This document shows, one piece after another, positions 58,598 through 64,000 of a stretch of DNA of 64,000 nucleotides. The notes beneath the pieces were generated by a model that had not been told where the DNA came from, did not search any database, and saw only the letters and a list, made by a program, of their open reading frames with translations. The stretch is from Holosporaceae bacterium (lineage in GTDB: Bacteria; Pseudomonadota; Alphaproteobacteria; UBA3830): the NCBI GenBank assembly GCA_031283445.1, contig JAITBT010000026.1, forward strand, positions 7,634-71,633, given 5' to 3'. Numbering within the stretch: the first letter of the stretch is position 1; each line of letters begins with the position of its first letter. Both the position numbers and the translations under genes were made by a program.

Positions 58598-60565
58598 TCA
58601 TTCTTTTTGCAGTTCTGGAATATTTTTAAATTCGTCTAGCAGAGATGGATCTTCGATGGAATCTTCATTTACCACTTTCCTCCCGTGGATGACGTTTTTT
58701 ACGGCTACTTCGACTAATTTTCCATTATTGGTTTTGGGCACACCTCTAACTTGGATTATTTTATCCGGCACATGGCGTGGTGTCGCATTTTCCTTTATGA
58801 CGGTCTTTATCTTTTTTTTGAGATCATCATCTAAGATTAATCCGCTCCGCAGTACGACAAATAAAATTACTCTTTCGTCGTTATTCCACTGCTGTCCGAC
58901 AGCACAACATTCGAGTATTTCCTCTATTTTCTGAACCTGTGAATAAATTTCCGCCGTTCCTATTCTTACGCCGGATGGATTGAGTATGGTATCCGCGCGT
59001 CCTGAGATGAAAACTCCATTGCGCTCGGTTAGTTCTATCCAATCACCATGACACCAACAATTTTCGAATTTTCCAAAATAAGAATCAATAAGTTTTTTGT
59101 GCCCTTCATCGTTCCAAAACTTGATTGGCTGAGAAGCAAAAGGAGTAACGCAGATTAGTTCCCCCTGTTGGCCTACCGGCACTTCTTCCTGAGTCGGACC
59201 GTATATTTTAACATTCATTCCCAACCCGAACCCCTGCATTTCGCCGGAGTAAACGGGGCTAATTGGATTCCCCATGACAAAAGACGAAATTATATCTGTT
59301 CCTCCGGAAAAAGAGTTTAGATGAACATCTTTTTTTATTCTGTTATACACAAATTCAAATGCTTCTGGACACAACGGTGATCCCGTAGATCCTATAGTTC
59401 TCAATTTATCAAGTTTATGTGTTTTTTTAGGATTCGCATCGGTTTTTAGTAGCGTGTCAAGATACTTGGCGGAAGTCCCTAAAAAAGTCATGCCGCAGGA
59501 GTCGGCCATATCGAAAAGAATATCCGCTTTCGGGTATAGAGGAAGACCTTCATATTGCATCAGCGAGGCATTCTGAGATAAAACAGAGGTAGCCCAATTC
59601 CACATCATCCAGCTACAGGTAGTGAAATAAAACACCCGATCATTCGGTTTTATATCGCAGTGGAGTAATTGTTCCTTTTTGTGCTGGAGTAGTGTACTAC
59701 CAGCTCCATGTACTATGCATTTCGGTACGCCCGTTGTTCCGGATGTAAATAATATATAAATCGGTTGATCGAAAGGAAACTTCTCAAAAACAAACTCCGA
59801 AGCTTGCTCATCGGCGATCAAATTCTTGAACGACACGACTTCCCCTCTTTTCAGAGTCGGAAGTCCAGATCTAATATATGGAATTATTATAGTTTTTTCG
59901 ATACTTTCTACTCGATCAACCACGTTCTTGATTTTTTCGAGATTGTCGAAAGTCTTTCCTTTGTAGTAGTAACCATCGACGGCAAAGAAAATTTTAGGTT
60001 TCACTTGGCCAAACCGATCCAAAACTCCAGGAATTCCGAAGTCCGGCGAGCAAGACGACCAAATGGCACCTAGGCTAATTGTCGCCAAAGCGGCGATCGT
60101 TGTTTCTGGCATGTTAGCCACGTATCCGCCCACTACGTCGCCTCTTCCTACACCAATTTTTTTCAAAGCATTCGCGGTTTTTATAACAGAATCGTACAAT
60201 TCTTTCCAATTTATAACCTTTTGGACTTTATCTTCTCCCCAAAAAATTATGGCTGGATCATTGTCCCTTCTCCGGAGTAGATTTTCAGCAAAATTTAACC
60301 GAGCATCCGGAAAGTACCTATGTTCCCAAAATTTATCCGCCTTGTTTGAAATTCGGTGTCCTTTTTCTCCCTCAATGTCGCTAAAATCCCAAATAGCACT
60401 CCAAAAATCATTCGGATTAGTCACAGACCACTGCCAGAGTTCCTGGAAAGTTGTTCCATCAAATCCATAAAATTCCTTTAAATTTTTCATAAATCGACAA
60501 ACATTACTGTCATTTATTCTTTCCTCAGAAGGAGTCCAGAGTAATTCATGAGACATTTTTAACAT
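58598..60565 (-). CDS. Acetoacetyl-CoA synthetase (AMP-forming acyl-CoA ligase)
   Basis: 655 aa. The N-terminus LWTPSEERINDSNVCRFM... is typical of acetoacetate-CoA ligases. AMP-binding motif ILFTSGTTGVPKCIVH and later GDW...GRADT.. are present. Confidence 0.85.
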   Translation of the reverse strand: MLKMSHELLWTPSEERINDSNVCRFMKNLKEFYGFDGTTFQELWQWSVTNPNDFWSAIWDFSDIEGEKGHRISNKADKFWEHRYFPDARLNFAENLLRRRDNDPAIIFWGEDKVQKVINWKELYDSVIKTANALKKIGVGRGDVVGGYVANMPETTIAALATISLGAIWSSCSPDFGIPGVLDRFGQVKPKIFFAVDGYYYKGKTFDNLEKIKNVVDRVESIEKTIIIPYIRSGLPTLKRGEVVSFKNLIADEQASEFVFEKFPFDQPIYILFTSGTTGVPKCIVHGAGSTLLQHKKEQLLHCDIKPNDRVFYFTTCSWMMWNWATSVLSQNASLMQYEGLPLYPKADILFDMADSCGMTFLGTSAKYLDTLLKTDANPKKTHKLDKLRTIGSTGSPLCPEAFEFVYNRIKKDVHLNSFSGGTDIISSFVMGNPISPVYSGEMQGFGLGMNVKIYGPTQEEVPVGQQGELICVTPFASQPIKFWNDEGHKKLIDSYFGKFENCWCHGDWIELTERNGVFISGRADTILNPSGVRIGTAEIYSQVQKIEEILECCAVGQQWNNDERVILFVVLRSGLILDDDLKKKIKTVIKENATPRHVPDKIIQVRGVPKTNNGKLVEVAVKNVIHGRKVVNEDSIEDPSLLDEFKNIPELQKE

Positions 60566-60755
60566 TCCCTTTGTATATTTTGCAATTTTAATTCAATAAA
60601 ATTTAAAAATTATTAATTTGATGGCAAAACTTTGCTAATTTCTGCTTTTACTCAAAAACAAAAACTGATTTGTCAAAGTCGAGTAAGTATAGATGTTTAT
60701 TGAGATCTCAGTCGAAACAGTGTAGAATGCTTCGCATATTGAAAATGGTTTTAAA

Positions 60756-61292
60756 ATGGCGTTTCCTATCATGCCCCAGGGCACGGCGGTTTGGTTAATT
60801 GAAAACACTAGTCTTACATTCGAACAGATAGCATCGTTCTGCGGACTGCATGTTCTGGAGGTGCAAGCTCTTGCCGATGGGCAAGTTTCAGCGGGCATGG
60901 TTGGTGTGGACCCTATTAAATTAGGCCAGCTGACTTCGGAAGAAATAGACAGATGTTCCTGCGATCCAAATGCTACATTGACTCTTGCTTCTCCTAAATT
61001 TCAGATCACGATGCAGAAAAAAAGCAGGAGGAAATACACTCCACTCCTGAAAAGGCAAAAGCGTCCAGACGCCATTGCATGGTTACTAAAATTTTATCCA
61101 GAGATGCCGGATGCCAGTATTTGCTCTTTGCTTTCCACAACTAAAGCAACGGTTATTTCCATTCGCAACAGAACGCATGCTCGAATAAATGAATTGAATC
61201 CAAAAGATCCAGTCTTACTCGGTTTTTGTTCCCAGGTGGATCTGGATGCTGCAATTTCTAAAATTAAGCACAAAAATACAGAAGAGCAGTAA
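60756..61292 (+). CDS. DUF1013 domain protein (alphaproteobacteria-specific)
   Basis: The pattern MPQGTAVWLIENTSLTFEQIASFCGLHVLEVQALADGQVSAGMVGVDPIKLGQLTSEEIDRC is characteristic of DUF1013. Confidence 0.85.
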   Translation: MAFPIMPQGTAVWLIENTSLTFEQIASFCGLHVLEVQALADGQVSAGMVGVDPIKLGQLTSEEIDRCSCDPNATLTLASPKFQITMQKKSRRKYTPLLKRQKRPDAIAWLLKFYPEMPDASICSLLSTTKATVISIRNRTHARINELNPKDPVLLGFCSQVDLDAAISKIKHKNTEEQ

Positions 61293-61297
61293 AAAGT

Positions 61298-62725
61298 ATG
61301 TCTCTAATGAAAGCTGATAAATTTTTACTGAGCATTTGCGATCTGCCTTCGATTGAAAGAACAGCTTCTTCCGCTTTTTATAATGGCCGGAAGGGAGAGT
61401 TATTTGTGGAATATCGAGAGACCGAGTTCCTAAAAATAGAAAATGGAGTAGTTCAGACTCCTAATTTTACCTACAAAAGAGGATTCGGATTGCGCAGTTT
61501 TGAAGATGAGGCTTCTGCCTATTCCTACTCTTCCTCTCTGGATGAAAGAGCTGTAAAAAAGGCTCTGGAAGTAGTGAAATCAGGCACAGAGAATTCTAAT
61601 ATAGAGATAAAGAGTATAGCAAACGATCTGTATGATCACAAATATTTCATAAACTCTATTAGTTTGGAACACAAAATAAAGATTTTGCAAGAAATAGATT
61701 CCTATGCTCGGGGGAAATCGGAAAATATCCGTCAAGTAATAGCTAGCTTGGAAAGTTCATGGCAGGTTGTATCCATTCTAACGAACGATGGAAAAAAAGC
61801 GCAGGATATTCGTCCTCTGATACGGTTATCCGTTCATATTGTGGTGGAGAAGGGAGGAATTTGTGAAAGCGGCACATGCGCCGGCGGTGGACGATTCGGA
61901 TATGAAGAATTATTGCGCTGTGCCGATCCAACCCATTCCCGCCCACAAATCTATGTGGACGAAGCCCTAAGACAAGCGGAAGTTAAACTGCAGGCACTAA
62001 AGGCGCCGGCTGGAGAAATGCCGGTGGTTTTGGGTAACGCCTGGACGGGAATTTTGCTCCACGAGGCCATAGGTCATGGATTAGAGGGAGATTCAATTTA
62101 TCAAAAAACATCTTTGTTTCATAATCTATTGGGTGAAATGATCGCTGCTCCTAATATAACGGTTGTTGATGATGGTACACTGCTCCGCCGGCGCGGCTCT
62201 ATAAATATCGATGACGAGGGAACAGACTCCCGACGTACCGTGTTAATAGAAAACGGTAAATTGGTCGGGTTTTTACAGGATCGCCAGAGCGCCAACCTTC
62301 TGCAGATGAATCTCACCGGTAATGGACGCAGGGAAAGTTACGAGTTTATGCCCATTCCCCGCATGACTAATACTTTTATGCTAGCAGGAAACTATACTCT
62401 GGAAGAAATGATTGCAAGGGTGCAAAGAGGAATATTCGCCAAGTCTTTTTCTGATGGTCAGGTGAATACAGCATCCGGGAAATTTGTTTTTTCCGCGTCG
62501 GAGGCGTATCTTATAGAAAATGGAAAAATTACTGCTCCCTTAAAAGGAGCTATGCTAATAGGAGATGGGCCAAGTATTTTGAAAAAAATTTCGATGCTGG
62601 GTAATGATTTCTCGTTGGATACTGGAATCGGAACCTGTGGAAAGGAAGGGCAGTGGGTGCCGGTCGGAGTGGGAGAGCCGAGTGTTCTATTGGATAGAAT
62701 TACAGTAGGTGGAGCAAATTTATAG
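61298..62725 (+). CDS. tldD: Metalloprotease TldD
   Basis: 475 aa with the HExxxGH-type site LLHEAIGHGLEGD and the C-terminus GEPSVLLDRITVGG. Confidence 0.9.
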   Translation: MSLMKADKFLLSICDLPSIERTASSAFYNGRKGELFVEYRETEFLKIENGVVQTPNFTYKRGFGLRSFEDEASAYSYSSSLDERAVKKALEVVKSGTENSNIEIKSIANDLYDHKYFINSISLEHKIKILQEIDSYARGKSENIRQVIASLESSWQVVSILTNDGKKAQDIRPLIRLSVHIVVEKGGICESGTCAGGGRFGYEELLRCADPTHSRPQIYVDEALRQAEVKLQALKAPAGEMPVVLGNAWTGILLHEAIGHGLEGDSIYQKTSLFHNLLGEMIAAPNITVVDDGTLLRRRGSINIDDEGTDSRRTVLIENGKLVGFLQDRQSANLLQMNLTGNGRRESYEFMPIPRMTNTFMLAGNYTLEEMIARVQRGIFAKSFSDGQVNTASGKFVFSASEAYLIENGKITAPLKGAMLIGDGPSILKKISMLGNDFSLDTGIGTCGKEGQWVPVGVGEPSVLLDRITVGGANL

Positions 62726-62734
62726 GAGATAAAT

Positions 62735-63289
62735 ATGCTTTGCGATAGATTAATAAAAAAGCTAGTCCAAGAAAAAGATATGATTAACCCTTTTGCGGAC
62801 AAATTAGTGCAAAAATCGATTATTTCATATGGTGTTTCTTCATATGGATATGATGCTCGCGTAGCTGATGAATTTAAAATCTTTACCAACGTCGACAACG
62901 CCATTATCGATCCCAAAAATTTTTCAGGACGAAGTTTTGTGGATAGAAAAACAGATTGTTGTATTATTCCACCCAATAGCTTTGCTTTGGCGCGGACGGT
63001 GGAATATTTTAAAATACCCAAAGACGTTTTCGTTCTGTGCGTCGGCAAATCTACCTATGCGCGCTGCGGTATTATCGTGAATGTAACTCCCCTGGAGCCC
63101 GAGTGGGAAGGACATGTGACGCTAGAATTTTCCAACACCACTCAGCTGCCGGCAAAAATCTATTCTAATGAAGGAGCATGTCAGTTTCTTTTCTTTCAGA
63201 TAAGCGAAATTTGCGACACCTCCTATAAAGATAGGAAAGGAAAATATATGGGACAACGGGGCGTTACTCTTCCGAAAATATCTACATAA
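62735..63289 (+). CDS. dcd: dCTP deaminase
   Basis: [55 protein letters not shown] and [10 protein letters not shown] motifs. Confidence 0.9.
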   Translation: MLCDRLIKKLVQEKDMINPFADKLVQKSIISYGVSSYGYDARVADEFKIFTNVDNAIIDPKNFSGRSFVDRKTDCCIIPPNSFALARTVEYFKIPKDVFVLCVGKSTYARCGIIVNVTPLEPEWEGHVTLEFSNTTQLPAKIYSNEGACQFLFFQISEICDTSYKDRKGKYMGQRGVTLPKIST

Positions 63290-63290
63290 A

Positions 63291-63887
63291 ATGTTTGTTT
63301 TACTTTTTATTTTTTTAACTTTTTTTCTTTTGGCAAAATTGAACGAAATCCTAGGGCTTCGTATAGGATTTCACAAAAAAATGGATGTTTCTACTAATTT
63401 TTCGAGCGAAAGCTCTATTCAAGAAACAACTATCTCCGAGATGGATAAAAAAATTTTACAAATCAAAAAAAATTATCCATCTTTTAAAGTAGCAGATTTC
63501 CTCAATAAATCCCAAAAAGCATTTGAAATGATTTTTCATGCTTATGCTAACGGTGATACTAAAACTTTGAAAAATCTACTATCTCCTCGAATATTCAATG
63601 CCTTTTCTATGGCGATCGCAGACCGGAAAAAGCGCGGCGAGGTTCTGGAAGGTACATTGGTGAGATTTATCAGCAGCGAAATTACGGATATTGATCTCAG
63701 TACCGATGAGATATTGGTAATTGTAAAATTTAAAACGGAGCAAAGTAATGTTCTGAAATTAGAAGATGGTACGATTTTAGAGGGGAATGCAGATTTCGTC
63801 GAGGATCGCACAGAAATTTGGTCTTTTATTAGAAAAAAAACATCGACAGATTCGAAGTGGTATTTACATGAAATAAAAGCCGAGTAA
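63291..63887 (+). CDS. Tim44-like domain protein
   Basis: N-terminal TM segment, then FLNKSQKAFEMIFHAYANGDTKTLKNLLSPRIFNAF...EIWSFIRKK...KWYLHEI. This is the typical bacterial Tim44-like pattern of alphaproteobacteria. Confidence 0.8.
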   Translation: MFVLLFIFLTFFLLAKLNEILGLRIGFHKKMDVSTNFSSESSIQETTISEMDKKILQIKKNYPSFKVADFLNKSQKAFEMIFHAYANGDTKTLKNLLSPRIFNAFSMAIADRKKRGEVLEGTLVRFISSEITDIDLSTDEILVIVKFKTEQSNVLKLEDGTILEGNADFVEDRTEIWSFIRKKTSTDSKWYLHEIKAE

Positions 63888-64000
63888 TGTTGCGCTTGGC
63901 CCTATATCATCCGCAAATTCCTCCAAATACTGGTATGCTTTTGCGTCTGACATCCGCTCTAGGTATTTCCCTAGATATAATTCGACCAATGGGTTTTGTA
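63887..64000 (+). CDS. trmL: tRNA (cytidine/uridine-2'-O)-methyltransferase TrmL, 5' partial (runs off the window)
   Basis: MLRLALYHPQIPPNTGMLLRLTSALGISLDIIRPMGF matches the SpoU/TrmL N-terminus (P.IP.NTG...R.....G..L.LI.P.GF). Its ATG overlaps the upstream TAA (TAATG). Confidence 0.7.
   Translation, partial: MLRLALYHPQIPPNTGMLLRLTSALGISLDIIRPMGFV

Overview
This is a visibly AT-rich chromosomal window from an alphaproteobacterium. The gene content suggests an intracellular symbiont or pathogen: a permuted two-piece tmRNA, DUF1013 and Tim44-like proteins, a ProP-type MFS carrier, a secreted patatin-like phospholipase and a HAD/DUF2608-like protein. Most of the window is tightly packed housekeeping. 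On the minus strand, pmbA-pntAA-recO-era-rnc-lepB-dksA and rplT-rpmI occupy 0.1-6.6 kb, followed by glmU-glmS-kdsD-lptC/A-lptB-rpoN at 6.7-13.8 kb. Further along are mlaA, clpB, groESL, an amino-acid ABC importer, a ProP-like carrier, bioD-bioA-bioB, sulP, hisS, nadK and the iscS-iscU-iscA-hscB-hscA-fdx operon. The window ends with an ABC-F ATPase, map, radC, obgE, acetoacetyl-CoA synthetase, DUF1013, tldD, dcd, a Tim44-like gene and the 5' end of trmL. Four parts are accessory or unusual. (i) A 1-kb nested inverted/direct repeat cluster at 14.8-15.9 kb is built from three copies of a ~147-bp element with terminal inverted repeats. (ii) Two orphan sensor kinases flank a patatin gene and groESL, and one has Asn where the phospho-accepting His should be. 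(iii) A GC-shifted module at 36.2-39.0 kb contains an orphan PAAR-like DUF4280 protein. (iv) A compositionally foreign, decaying region at 52.9-58.3 kb surrounds a tmRNA gene that the ORF track cannot show; it holds a CI-like repressor, orphan secreted proteins and a glycosyltransferase pseudogene. I recognised no rRNA, tRNA, CRISPR array, transposase or integrase. All calls rest on reading motifs by eye; no database search was run.
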